Origin: an uncultured delta proteobacterium | GTDB lineage: Bacteria > Myxococcota > UBA727 > VGSZ01 | Reading direction: 5' to 3' | DNA: 64,000 nucleotides | NCBI GenBank assembly: GCA_963775425.1 | Contig: CAVZJB010000017.1 | Location: 320,001 to 384,000 of the forward strand | In this document: one piece after another, positions 21,211-30,286 of the stretch | How positions within the stretch are numbered: the stretch's first letter is position 1 | Layout: the number at the start of each line of letters is the position of its first letter | Position numbers and translations under genes: made by a program | Notes under the pieces: generated by a model | Told to the model about the DNA's origin: nothing | The model's database searches: none | The model's input: only the letters and a program-made list of their open reading frames with translations

Positions 21211-22964
21211 GGGCGCTTCAAGACCGGCAGCGAGTCGAAGTCCATGGTGGCCACGGGCTGCTCGCCCTCGTACCGATCGCCGCGCCTGTCGAGCGCGCGC
21301 GCCTTGTCGATGAGCGAGCCGAGCTCGGCGACGTCGGGCCGCGCGCGCAGGTCGGCGGGGAGCGTGTTCCAGAGCGCCTTGACGTCGTCGTACGACAGCG
21401 TGCGCGCCCAATACGACAGCCGCAGCTTCTCGGCGAACGACGAGCTCACCAGCGCCAGCCGCGACATCGGCGACGCCGCCCTGATGCTCTTTCGCACCAG
21501 CCGCGTGGTCAGCTCGTTTTCGATGAGCTTCGACACGTCGCTGCCGGGCGCCTTCGCGCGGATGCGCAGCCAGCCGAAGCGGTCGGCGCCCGGCTTGAGC
21601 TTCACCTCGTACAGCGCCGTGACCTCGTGGCCGGCGCCGATCTCACCCGCGTCGACCTTGTCGTCGGCGAAGTCGCGCTTTCGCAGCTTGCGGTTCTCGA
21701 AGCCGATGAGGCGGTAGCGCTCGACGGAATTCTTGTCGAGCTCCACCTGGATCTTGACGTCCTTGGCGATGTTCACGAGCTCACCGCCGAGGTTCTCGAC
21801 GAAGATCTTCTTCGCCTCCGCGAGCCGGTCGACGTAGGCGTACCTGCCCTGCCCCTTCACCGCGAGCTTCTCCATGAGCACGTCGTTGTAGTTGCCCATC
21901 CCGAAGCCCACGGTGGACAGCTCCACGCCGCGCTGCGCCTCCTTGCTCACCGTGGCGAAGATGCCGTCCGCGTCGACGACGCCGTTGTTGGCGACGCCGT
22001 CGCTGCACACCACCAGGCGGCTCACCACGCCCTTTTCGTGCGGCCGCGCGTGGAGCCCGCGCTGGGCCACCTCGTAGCCGAGCAGGATGCCCGCCTGCGC
22101 GTTGGTGGAGCCCTCGGGGTGCAGGCGCCGCAGCGCCTCCTTGATGCGCCCCTTCTCGGCGCCGCTCGCCGGCTCGAGGGCCACGCGCGCGAAGTCACCA
22201 TAGGTGACGATGGAGACGGTGTCGTCCTCTCGCAGCTTGTCGACGAGGACCCCGAGCGCGCCCTTCACGAGCTCGAGGCGGCTGCCCATGTCCATCGAGC
22301 CGGAGACGTCGACGACGAACACCAGGTTCGCCGGCGGGCGGTCCTTGTCCGGCACGACGCGGCCGCGCAGGCCGAGGAGGAGCACGTGATAGCCCTTGCG
22401 GTTCGGCGACGGGAACGCCTCGGCGACGACGGAGAAAGGCGCCCCCGCCTCGGCGGTGGGCGGCGGGTAGTCGTAGCGGAACGAGTTGACGAATTCCTCG
22501 ACGCGCACCGCCGCCGGGTCGGGCAACCGGCCTTCGCTCAGCATGGCGCGCGCAATGGAGTAGCTGGCGGTGTCGACGTCGACCGAGAACGTGGAGAACG
22601 GCTCCTCGGCGGTGTCGACCGTGGGGTTCACGCCGTAGTGCTGAAAGATCGAGTCCACCGGCGCCTCGCCGCCGACGACGCGCAGCTCGCCGAAGTCGCC
22701 GTTGTCGTTCGACTTGACGGACGCGCCGTCGGGTTTCACGAGGTCACCGTCGATGTTCTTGTCCTCGAACCGGTGGTCCGCGGTCGCCTGCATGTCGGCG
22801 GACGGCGCGGCGGACGGCATCTCTTCGGCCGGCGAGGGCGCCGCGTCCGCCGCCGGCGCATCGGAGTCGCGCGAGGCTTTGCGCGCGGAGGCGCACGCGG
22901 CGACGACGCCGAGGCCGGCGAGGGCCGCGACCACGAGGACGGCGCGGGTGCTCGAGCGACGCAT
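21207..22964 (-). CDS. vWA-domain lipoprotein (YfbK-like: vWF_A N-domain, vWA, DUF3520-like C-domain)
   Basis: Lipobox VAAC; STFSVDVDTASY, VRVEEFVNSF, MIDAS DVSGSM, SDGVAN, YRLIGFENR, DAGEIGAGHEVTALYEV. Confidence 0.9.
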   Translation of the reverse strand: MRRSSTRAVLVVAALAGLGVVAACASARKASRDSDAPAADAAPSPAEEMPSAAPSADMQATADHRFEDKNIDGDLVKPDGASVKSNDNGDFGELRVVGGEAPVDSIFQHYGVNPTVDTAEEPFSTFSVDVDTASYSIARAMLSEGRLPDPAAVRVEEFVNSFRYDYPPPTAEAGAPFSVVAEAFPSPNRKGYHVLLLGLRGRVVPDKDRPPANLVFVVDVSGSMDMGSRLELVKGALGVLVDKLREDDTVSIVTYGDFARVALEPASGAEKGRIKEALRRLHPEGSTNAQAGILLGYEVAQRGLHARPHEKGVVSRLVVCSDGVANNGVVDADGIFATVSKEAQRGVELSTVGFGMGNYNDVLMEKLAVKGQGRYAYVDRLAEAKKIFVENLGGELVNIAKDVKIQVELDKNSVERYRLIGFENRKLRKRDFADDKVDAGEIGAGHEVTALYEVKLKPGADRFGWLRIRAKAPGSDVSKLIENELTTRLVRKSIRAASPMSRLALVSSSFAEKLRLSYWARTLSYDDVKALWNTLPADLRARPDVAELGSLIDKARALDRRGDRYEGEQPVATMDFDSLPVLKRP

Positions 22965-23803
22965 CAGTGCACCAGCGCGACGGCGCGACCGTCGTCCTCG
23001 CCGCCGTGGCTGCCGACGGCGGCGGACGCGAGGGCCGCGGGGCGCGCCGCGGCGAGCTTGTTCATCTGGTCGACGACGTCCTGGCCGATCTTCTTGGTGG
23101 CGGCGGCGAGGAGCTTCTCCTTGAGCTCGCGCTGCTTGCGCTCGGTGTCCAGCACGTTGTCCTCCTTCTTGTCCTTCACGCGCTCGAAGGTGGTGAACAG
23201 GATGGTGCCGCTCTTCACGTCGAAGAGCGTGGCCTCGAGCACCCCTTCGGACTCGAGGACGTTGGCGGGCAGGATCATCTCACCGACGCCCGTCGCCCAC
23301 GACCACGCCCAGCCGCTCGCGTAGACGCGGTCGACGAAGCGGTGGCGGTACAGGAGGAGATAGTCGCAGCGGTAGCGCGCCGCGAGCTCGCGCAGCCCGG
23401 CGATGGAGCCGGTGGCGGGGAAGTCGGTGGACACCTCGCTGACCAGCTCGAACAGCCCCGTGTCGTCGAGTGTCTTGGCGAGCGCGCCGGGCACGCTCAC
23501 CGTCGGGATGTCTTCGTCGGCGCCGTAGCCGTCGCTCACCGGGACCACGCCGAGGCGCGACTTCTCCTCGAGGAAGACCGGCGCCGCCAGGATCTTCTTG
23601 AGGTCGTCCTCGCTGAGCGCGCCCATGGCGTCGCGCGTGAAGTGGTTGTCGACGAGCAGCTCGGGCGCCTTGGGCGCCGCCGCGGTGGTGTCGGTGGCGG
23701 GGGCGAACAGCCGCGGCATCTGCACCGCCTTTTGCGCGGCGGCGCACCCCGCGAGGGCGGCGGCGAGGGGCAGCAGGGCGAGCGCGTTCTTGATGGGTGT
23801 CAT
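22964..23803 (-). CDS. Lipoprotein resembling the rhombotarget lipoprotein family
   Basis: Lipobox LAGC; LRELAARYRCDYLLLY...WATGVGEMILPAN...LEATLFDVKSGTILF pattern; stop overlaps the vWA start. Confidence 0.6.
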   Translation of the reverse strand: MTPIKNALALLPLAAALAGCAAAQKAVQMPRLFAPATDTTAAAPKAPELLVDNHFTRDAMGALSEDDLKKILAAPVFLEEKSRLGVVPVSDGYGADEDIPTVSVPGALAKTLDDTGLFELVSEVSTDFPATGSIAGLRELAARYRCDYLLLYRHRFVDRVYASGWAWSWATGVGEMILPANVLESEGVLEATLFDVKSGTILFTTFERVKDKKEDNVLDTERKQRELKEKLLAAATKKIGQDVVDQMNKLAAARPAALASAAVGSHGGEDDGRAVALVH

Positions 23804-23872
23804 GTCGGTCCTCCAGTGTCCCCACTGTCGCCGCCGCGCGTCGAGCCCGGGCCACCGGGCCGTCAGCGGATG

Positions 23873-23888
23873 TTCACGGTTTCGTCAC
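23873..23888 (+). promoter_or_regulatory. Candidate OmpR-family operator TTCAC-N6-GTCAC (cre-tag-like)
   Basis: ttcacggtttcgtcac with 11-bp period, in the divergent intergenic region upstream of the two-component operon. Confidence 0.4.
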
Positions 23889-23961
23889 GAGCGGTGCGCT
23901 CCGTCACGGGCTCGCCCGGGCGAGGGCCGCGCGCTACCGTCGTCGGCCGCGGAGGTCTTAC

Positions 23962-24906
23962 TTGCGACATCTCGCCGTCCTCATCTTGCTCGCTGCACCC
24001 GCCGCCGCCGCGGCCCCCCAAATTGCGCTGCCCACGCTGACGCCGCCCGTCGACTTCGCCAAGGTCGCGGCCGGACCGCCGCTCGCGGCGGGCGCGCTCG
24101 CCGCCGTCCCATGCAAGACGATCCCCGGGGCCACGTACCGCGCCGTCGGCCGCGTCGCCGTTCCCCCGGAGCGAGGGGTCGATCTGGTCGTCTTCGAGGA
24201 GCAGACGCAGTCGCTCACGCGCCGCCGGCTGATGATCGTGAGCACGGAGCACGGGGGCTGCGCCGGTGAGATCGACGTCCTCCGCCGCGGGCATGGCGAC
24301 GATCTCTCGGCGACATTCACCAAGCACGCCAACATCAAGCGAATCGTCACGAACGCCGAGGGCAAGCTGCAGGAGGTGCGCAGCTTCGACAACGACGGCA
24401 ACACGCCGCTCATCGACGGCCTCGAGACCTTCAACGCGGCTTCCTTCAAGAAGACCGACAAGGCCTGGATGAAGTCGTACCTGCGCGAGCTGTTCGGCGA
24501 CGGCAAGCGCGGCGTCGCGCTCGACGGTGTCACGCGCGAGAAGGGGCATTGGCGTCACGGGGGCTGCGACACCATCGGGTGGGTGACGCTGTACCTGGCG
24601 CCCGAGGCGGGGAACACCTTGCACGCGGGCCACGACGCGCTCTTCCCCGCCGTCGAGACGTCGTATGAGGACACCTTCGAGGCGGAGGTGACCGCGCTCG
24701 ACGTCGCGGACCACGGACGAACGTTGCGCTTCTCCCAAAAGCCGTTCCCCGGCGACACCGGCGTCACCACGCCGCTCACCGCCACGCACGATCCGGGGCT
24801 GCAACTGTGGCTCTTCAACTTCGGCTCCGCGCACCGCATGCCCGCGCGCGCCGCCGCCGTGCTCCCCAAGTCGGCGGCGGTCTGCGAGAGCGAAGAGGGA
24901 CCCTAG
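23962..24906 (+). CDS. Hypothetical secreted protein
   Basis: GGAGG RBS at 23951 then TTG; signal peptide LRHLAVLILLAAPAAAAA; host-like codons. Confidence 0.65.
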   Translation: MRHLAVLILLAAPAAAAAPQIALPTLTPPVDFAKVAAGPPLAAGALAAVPCKTIPGATYRAVGRVAVPPERGVDLVVFEEQTQSLTRRRLMIVSTEHGGCAGEIDVLRRGHGDDLSATFTKHANIKRIVTNAEGKLQEVRSFDNDGNTPLIDGLETFNAASFKKTDKAWMKSYLRELFGDGKRGVALDGVTREKGHWRHGGCDTIGWVTLYLAPEAGNTLHAGHDALFPAVETSYEDTFEAEVTALDVADHGRTLRFSQKPFPGDTGVTTPLTATHDPGLQLWLFNFGSAHRMPARAAAVLPKSAAVCESEEGP

Positions 24907-26301
24907 TCACCGATCGAAGCGGTCGAGCAGCACCGCGACGGTCATGTCGCCGATGACGTTGGTGGCCGCGCGGCAGCGGCCGATGATCCAGTCCACCGGC
25001 AGGATCAACGGGATGACGATGCCGACGACGGGCGCGGGCAGCCCCGCCGCCGTCAGCACCAACGGGAGCGTGATGAGCCCCGCCTCGGGGATGCCGCCGA
25101 TGCCGACGCCGGCGAGCACCGACGAGATGGCCACGGCCACCTGCTGCCCGACGGTGAGGTCGTAGCCGAACGCCTTGGCGACGAAGAGCGTGGCGCACGC
25201 TTCGTACAGGATGATGCCGTCATGGTTGAGGTTGGTGCCCACGCACGCCGCCAGGCGCGCCGACGCCGGCGGGATCTTCAGGTTGTCGTTCAAGCACCGC
25301 AGCGTGATGGGGAGCGTCGCCAGGCTGCTGCCCGCGGAGAGCGCGGTGACGATGGCGTCGGCGGCGCCGGCGAAGAACTTCAACGGCGAGCGACGCGCGA
25401 CGACGGCGAGGAGGAAGCTGTAATAGACGACCGCCTGAATGGCGAGCCCGAGCACCATGGTGCCGAGGAACGGCAACAGCCCGAGCAACACCTGCCAGCC
25501 CGCCTTGCCCACGACGGCGGCGGCGACGCCGAGGACGGCGAACGGGACGAGCTGCACCAGCCACGCGAGCAATTGGCTGAACATCGCGAGCGCGGCGTGG
25601 ACGAAGTCCTCGATGAGCTGGACGCCGCGCCGCGCCTGCTCGGTGCCACGCGCGCGCACGGCGCGCAGCGCGACGCCGAACAGCAGCGCGAGGAGAACGA
25701 TGGAGACCACCGCGTTTTTCTGGAACGGATCGACGAGGTTCTTGGGCACGTAGCCCATCACGTTCTGCAGCGGGTCGAGCGTGTGCTCCCTGGCCTTCTT
25801 CACCACCTCCTCGGCGTGCCCGCCGTCGGGGGCCGCCATGGCGGCCTTGGGCACCGGCGCGCTCGCCGTCGGCGGCGCGCTCGCTGCGGCCGGGTCGGCG
25901 GCGGCGTGCTCGTGGACGAGCGCAGAGGCCCCCTCGAACGCGCCCTCGCCGCTGTTGAGCGCGTGGGCGAGGCCGAGGCCGACGAAGGTGGCGACGGCGG
26001 CGTTGACGATGCTGATGCCGAGGAGCTGGGCGCCCTTCTTGCCGGGGATGTTGGTGCGCAGCAGCGCGTCGAGGATGGCGACGAGGATGAGCGGCGCCGC
26101 CAGCGTCTTCAACATGCGGATGACGAGCATGCCGAGGTCGCCGAGCGTCCCCGTGCCCTTGGTGCCGAACGCGATGCCGAGCGCCACGCCGATGCCGACG
26201 CCGATCAAGACGCGCGCCGCGAGCGGCAGCCGGGGGCGCCGGGCGGGCGCGGTGGGCGGGGACGCCGGAGCGGTGGACGCGTCGTCGCTCATCGGGGTCA
26301 T
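24907..26301 (-). CDS. Dicarboxylate/amino acid:cation symporter (DAACS, GltP family)
   Basis: GSSLATLP, VGTNLNHDG, GVGIGGIPEAG, VDWIIGRCRAATNVIGD. Confidence 0.9.
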   Translation of the reverse strand: MTPMSDDASTAPASPPTAPARRPRLPLAARVLIGVGIGVALGIAFGTKGTGTLGDLGMLVIRMLKTLAAPLILVAILDALLRTNIPGKKGAQLLGISIVNAAVATFVGLGLAHALNSGEGAFEGASALVHEHAAADPAAASAPPTASAPVPKAAMAAPDGGHAEEVVKKAREHTLDPLQNVMGYVPKNLVDPFQKNAVVSIVLLALLFGVALRAVRARGTEQARRGVQLIEDFVHAALAMFSQLLAWLVQLVPFAVLGVAAAVVGKAGWQVLLGLLPFLGTMVLGLAIQAVVYYSFLLAVVARRSPLKFFAGAADAIVTALSAGSSLATLPITLRCLNDNLKIPPASARLAACVGTNLNHDGIILYEACATLFVAKAFGYDLTVGQQVAVAISSVLAGVGIGGIPEAGLITLPLVLTAAGLPAPVVGIVIPLILPVDWIIGRCRAATNVIGDMTVAVLLDRFDR

Positions 26302-26350
26302 CGTAAAGCATCCGCCCCGCGCGCGCGTCACCGGCCGCGCCGGCGAGCGG

Positions 26351-27418
26351 TCAAGCCGCGAGCGAGACGACGCCGCGGCGCAACAGATCCTGCACGATGC
26401 GGTCGATGACGACGACCTCGTGATCGTCGCCGGCGATCAGCTCGCGCGGCGACGCGCCGGCGGCGAGCGCGTTGGCGACGTCGACGGCGACCCCCGACGA
26501 GCGCCGCGCCCACGTGGACATGCGCCGCTCGTCGAACGCGAGCCTGCCGGCGAGCGACAGCAAGTGCTCGCGCATCCGCGCCCGCCTCGCGTTCAGCTCG
26601 TCACACAGCTCGGCGGCCAGCTCGCCCCACGACACGCCGGGCGAGCAGCCCTCCGGCGCCGACAGCGGCGACGATCCGTCGTCGACGGCGGCGCCGGCGG
26701 GGTCGGTGGGGTCGGCGATCGTCTCGTCGCCCTCGACCACGTCGAAGGAGAAGGGCGCCTCGCGCACCTCGAGCAGCGACAGCAACGCCTCGCGATCCTC
26801 GAGCGCTCCGCCGAGGGACCGCGCGGACGCGCGGGCGATGACGCCGTCGTCGAAGACCACGCTCCACGACGAGGTCGCGTCGTCCACGGTGAGCACCCCG
26901 CACACGCCGGCATCGCACGCGGCATGGAGCAGCGGCTGCACGCCGACATCGGACAGCGGGCCCCACACGCCGACCGGCAGCGCCGCGAGGATGCCGAAGC
27001 GACGCGCGAGCACGGCGTCGACGGCTTCGATGACGATGGCGCTGCGCCCGCCCTTCAGCAGGAAGCCGTCGGCGTCGACGCCCACGCGCGCGAGCTCGTC
27101 GAGCCCGCCCTGGTCGGCGCTCATCAGGATCAGCTTGGCGTCGGCGGTGCGCGCGTCATCGCGGAGCGCCGCCAAAACGCCCCACCCGTCGACGTCCGGC
27201 ATCATCACGTCGATGAGCACCGCGTCCACGCGTCCTCCACGCGCCGCCGCCAGCGCCCCCGCGCCGTCCCCGGCGGCGTGTACGACGTAGCCCACCGACT
27301 CCAGGCGTTGGCGGTAGAGCCTGCGCAAGGCGGGGTCGTCATCGACGACGAGGACGGTCGCGTGGCGCCGGGTGGGAGGAGGGGAGGCGAGGTCGGCGAG
27401 CGCGGTCTGGTCGGTCAT
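26351..27418 (-). CDS. Response regulator (REC) with a DUF4388-like domain
   Basis: VLVVDDD, LIDVMMPDVDGW, ADGFLLKG; GPLSDVGVQPLL...GVLTV...VVFDDGVIARA...FSF. Confidence 0.78.
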   Translation of the reverse strand: MTDQTALADLASPPPTRRHATVLVVDDDPALRRLYRQRLESVGYVVHAAGDGAGALAAARGGRVDAVLIDVMMPDVDGWGVLAALRDDARTADAKLILMSADQGGLDELARVGVDADGFLLKGGRSAIVIEAVDAVLARRFGILAALPVGVWGPLSDVGVQPLLHAACDAGVCGVLTVDDATSSWSVVFDDGVIARASARSLGGALEDREALLSLLEVREAPFSFDVVEGDETIADPTDPAGAAVDDGSSPLSAPEGCSPGVSWGELAAELCDELNARRARMREHLLSLAGRLAFDERRMSTWARRSSGVAVDVANALAAGASPRELIAGDDHEVVVIDRIVQDLLRRGVVSLAA

Positions 27419-27556
27419 GACCCCGCCGTCTGCAAAGCGTGTGCAAGCGCCCCCCGTCGTGGGGGCGCGCCGCGTGCCGGGCACAGCGCCCGGCGCGTGG
27501 TGGCTCGCACCGAGGTCGTGTGCGCTCTCGCGCATGCAGGGCCCACGACGGACCCG

Positions 27557-28765
27557 TCAGCGCGACGCGGATCCGGGCTCGGCAAGGACGGGGCGCGCGC
27601 CGCGCAGGTGGTCGACGCACGAGGACAGCCCGTCGAGGGTCAGCTCGAACATGGGGAACACCCGCCGGATGAGCGAGACCGTCGGCGCGTTCCAGACCCG
27701 CTTGGGCTCGGGGTTCAGCCACGCCGACGCCTTGGGCTTGCCGGCGATGCGCTTGAGCCAGTCGAGGCCCGACACGCGCCCCGTGGTCGACTGCCAGTAG
27801 ATCCCGCCGTTTTCGTGCGTCAGCTCGTACGGCCCCATCCACGCGTCGCCGACGAGCACCACGGTCCACGTGCGGTCGATCTGCTTGAGGACGTCCTCCG
27901 TGCGCGGGCCCGCGTAGCGCGTGATGTCGGTGTAGAGCCGCTCGTAGACGCAGTTGTGGAAGAAGTAGTGCTGAAACGCGGCGAAGTGCGACGCCTGATG
28001 CGCCGCCGAGAAGATGCGCTCGCACACGTCGGCGTAGGGATCCATCGAGCCGCCGACGTCCATCAGCAACAGCAGCTTCACGCGGTTCTTCCTCGGGGGC
28101 CGCATGACGAGCTCGATCTCGCCGGCGTTCTTGGCGGCCTTGTCGACCGTCTCGTCGACGTCGAGCTCCTCCGGCCCCTGCTCACGCGCCAGCCGGCGCA
28201 AGCGGCGCAGGGCGGAGCCGATCTGCCGCGTGTCGAGCACGCGGTCGCCGCGCAGGTTCTCGAAGCGACGCTCCTCGGCGACCTGCACGGCGCTGCGGCC
28301 GCCGCCGGCGCCGACGCCCACGCCCGAGGGGTGCTGCCCGCCGTGGCCGAAGGGCGACGTGCCGCCTGTGCCGACGAAGCGGTCGCCGCCGTCATGGCGC
28401 TCCCGCTGCGTGCGCAGCCGCTCCTCGAAGCGCGTGCGCAACGTGTCGAGGTCCATCCCCTCGAGCGCGCGCCGCTCCTCGTCGGACAAGTCGCGCGGCA
28501 TCACGGGGTCCTCGAGCCACTCGAGCACCGCCGCGTCGACGTCGACGAATTGCTCGTCGACGCCGCCGAAGAAGGCGGCGAAGGCGCGGTCGTAGAGGTC
28601 GTATTGCGCCTCGCGCTTCACCACGAGCGAGCGGCACAGGTGATAGAAGACGGCGAGGCTCGCGCGGTCGTGGCCGCGCGCGAGCGCCGCCGTGACGGCG
28701 AGCCACTCCGTCAGCCCGACCTTCAGGCCCACGCTGCGCAGGTGGAAGAAGAAGCCGGTGAACAT
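27557..28765 (-). CDS. vWA/CoxE-like protein, MoxR partner
   Basis: HDGGDRFVGTGGTSPFG, LDVDETVD, LLMDVGGSMDP, YFFHNCVYE, VGDAWMGPYEL, WLNPEP. Confidence 0.92.
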   Translation of the reverse strand: MFTGFFFHLRSVGLKVGLTEWLAVTAALARGHDRASLAVFYHLCRSLVVKREAQYDLYDRAFAAFFGGVDEQFVDVDAAVLEWLEDPVMPRDLSDEERRALEGMDLDTLRTRFEERLRTQRERHDGGDRFVGTGGTSPFGHGGQHPSGVGVGAGGGRSAVQVAEERRFENLRGDRVLDTRQIGSALRRLRRLAREQGPEELDVDETVDKAAKNAGEIELVMRPPRKNRVKLLLLMDVGGSMDPYADVCERIFSAAHQASHFAAFQHYFFHNCVYERLYTDITRYAGPRTEDVLKQIDRTWTVVLVGDAWMGPYELTHENGGIYWQSTTGRVSGLDWLKRIAGKPKASAWLNPEPKRVWNAPTVSLIRRVFPMFELTLDGLSSCVDHLRGARPVLAEPGSASR

Positions 28766-28787
28766 CGTCGCCCCTGTGCCGGCGGCG

Positions 28788-29627
28788 CTACTGCCGCACC
28801 GCGCGCAGCTTGCCGGTGCGCACGTTGATGAGCGCCTCGACGTCGCTCTCCTTCTTCAACAACAGGCCGACGAAGGGCATCTCCTGCTCGAGCCGCTCGA
28901 CCGGGATGCCCGCGCGGCGGAGCGCCGCGATCCAGTCGATGAGCTCCGACGTGGACGGGCGCTTGCGCACGTCGGGCTGCTTGCGCAGCCAGTAGAAGCG
29001 AACGAGCGCCGTACTCAAGAGCTTGTCTTCGACGTCGGGGTGATGCACGTGCACGATGTCGCGCATGAGCTCCTCGTCGGGGAACGCGATCCAGTGAAAC
29101 ACGCATCGCCGCAGGAACGCGTCCGGCAGCTCCTTTTCGTTGTTGGACGTGATGATGACGATGGGGCGCTTGTGCGCCGTGACGGTCTCACCGGTCTCGT
29201 CGACGGTGAAGCTCATGCGATCGAGCTCGTGCAGGAGATCGTTCGGGAACTCCATGTCGGCCTTGTCGATCTCATCGATGAGCAACACCACGCGCTCGGC
29301 GGCGAGGAACGCGCGCCCGACGGGGCCGTACTTGATGTAAAGACGGATGTCGCGCACGTCCCGGTCACCGAAGCGCGCGTCGTTCAATCGCTGGACGGTG
29401 TCATAGACGTAGAGGCCGTCCTTGGCCTTGGACGTCGACTTGACGTTCCACACGAGGAGCTCCGCGCCCAGGCTCTCCGCCACCGCCTCCGCCAGACGCG
29501 TCTTGCCCGTGCCCGGCTCGCCCTTGATGAGGAGGGGCTTTTCGAGGTCGACGGCGACGTTGACGGCGTCGCGCAGATCCTGGGACGCGAGGTACGCGCG
29601 CGTGCCTTCGAAGGTCTTTTGCACCAT
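28788..29627 (-). CDS. MoxR family AAA+ ATPase
   Basis: Walker A GEPGTGKT, Walker B LLIDEIDKAD, TSNNEKELPDAFLRRC, PSTSELIDW. Confidence 0.95.
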   Translation of the reverse strand: MVQKTFEGTRAYLASQDLRDAVNVAVDLEKPLLIKGEPGTGKTRLAEAVAESLGAELLVWNVKSTSKAKDGLYVYDTVQRLNDARFGDRDVRDIRLYIKYGPVGRAFLAAERVVLLIDEIDKADMEFPNDLLHELDRMSFTVDETGETVTAHKRPIVIITSNNEKELPDAFLRRCVFHWIAFPDEELMRDIVHVHHPDVEDKLLSTALVRFYWLRKQPDVRKRPSTSELIDWIAALRRAGIPVERLEQEMPFVGLLLKKESDVEALINVRTGKLRAVRQ

Positions 29628-29660
29628 GGCCGGGAGCATACCGTCTCGGCCGTGCGTGCC

Positions 29661-30137
29661 TCAGGCCGCCGCGGGAAACGGCGCGGTCATCGACAGGGCC
29701 CGCTTGGTGAGCGCCGCCCGGGCCGCCGGGAGGTCGAGCTCGTCGGCGGTGATGTCGCGCAGCTCCTCGATGTCCAACGGGTCCATGTCCTCGTCGACGA
29801 GGACGCTGGTGTACTCGCGCGCGTGCTGGAACTGCCGCGCGAGCTCCGTGGCGCCGATGGAGCGGAAGAGCATCTCCACGCCGCGGACGTCGCGCTCCCG
29901 GCGGACCTCCATGAAGGCTCCTGCGAGGCACTCGGTCTCTTCGATGTCTTCGAGCGCGCGCGCCGCCAACAGGATCTGGCGCCAGCCGTCCGGCAACCGG
30001 CGCGCGATCTTGCCGAAGCCGACGTCGCGCGCGTCGGCGCGCTCCTCGATGACGGCAACCAGCTCCGGAATGACGTCGCCGCGCAAGGCCCGGATCTCCT
30101 CGACGGAGACCGAAGAAAATGCGTCGCGTTTGTTCAT
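29661..30137 (-). CDS. Small acidic hypothetical protein (weak DUF4375/DMP19 resemblance)
   Basis: Acidic and helical; LFRSIGATELARQFQHA; host-like codons. Confidence 0.55.
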   Translation of the reverse strand: MNKRDAFSSVSVEEIRALRGDVIPELVAVIEERADARDVGFGKIARRLPDGWRQILLAARALEDIEETECLAGAFMEVRRERDVRGVEMLFRSIGATELARQFQHAREYTSVLVDEDMDPLDIEELRDITADELDLPAARAALTKRALSMTAPFPAAA

Positions 30138-30286
30138 GAGGCACCCCCTCACCCCAAATCTCGCACGCTGCGCGCGAGCGGTGACGAAGAGATCAGCTTC
30201 GAGACACTCCGCCGGGCGCACGCTTGACGACCGCCGAAAAAATTGCTTGCCCACGATGAAACGAACGCGCGTGGTACCGTGCCGAC

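Noticed and set aside
27431-27446. Sigma-54 promoter TTGCAC-N5-TTGCA upstream of the REC-DUF4388 gene
   Set aside because: It lacks the near-invariant -24 GG and lies almost on top of the start codon
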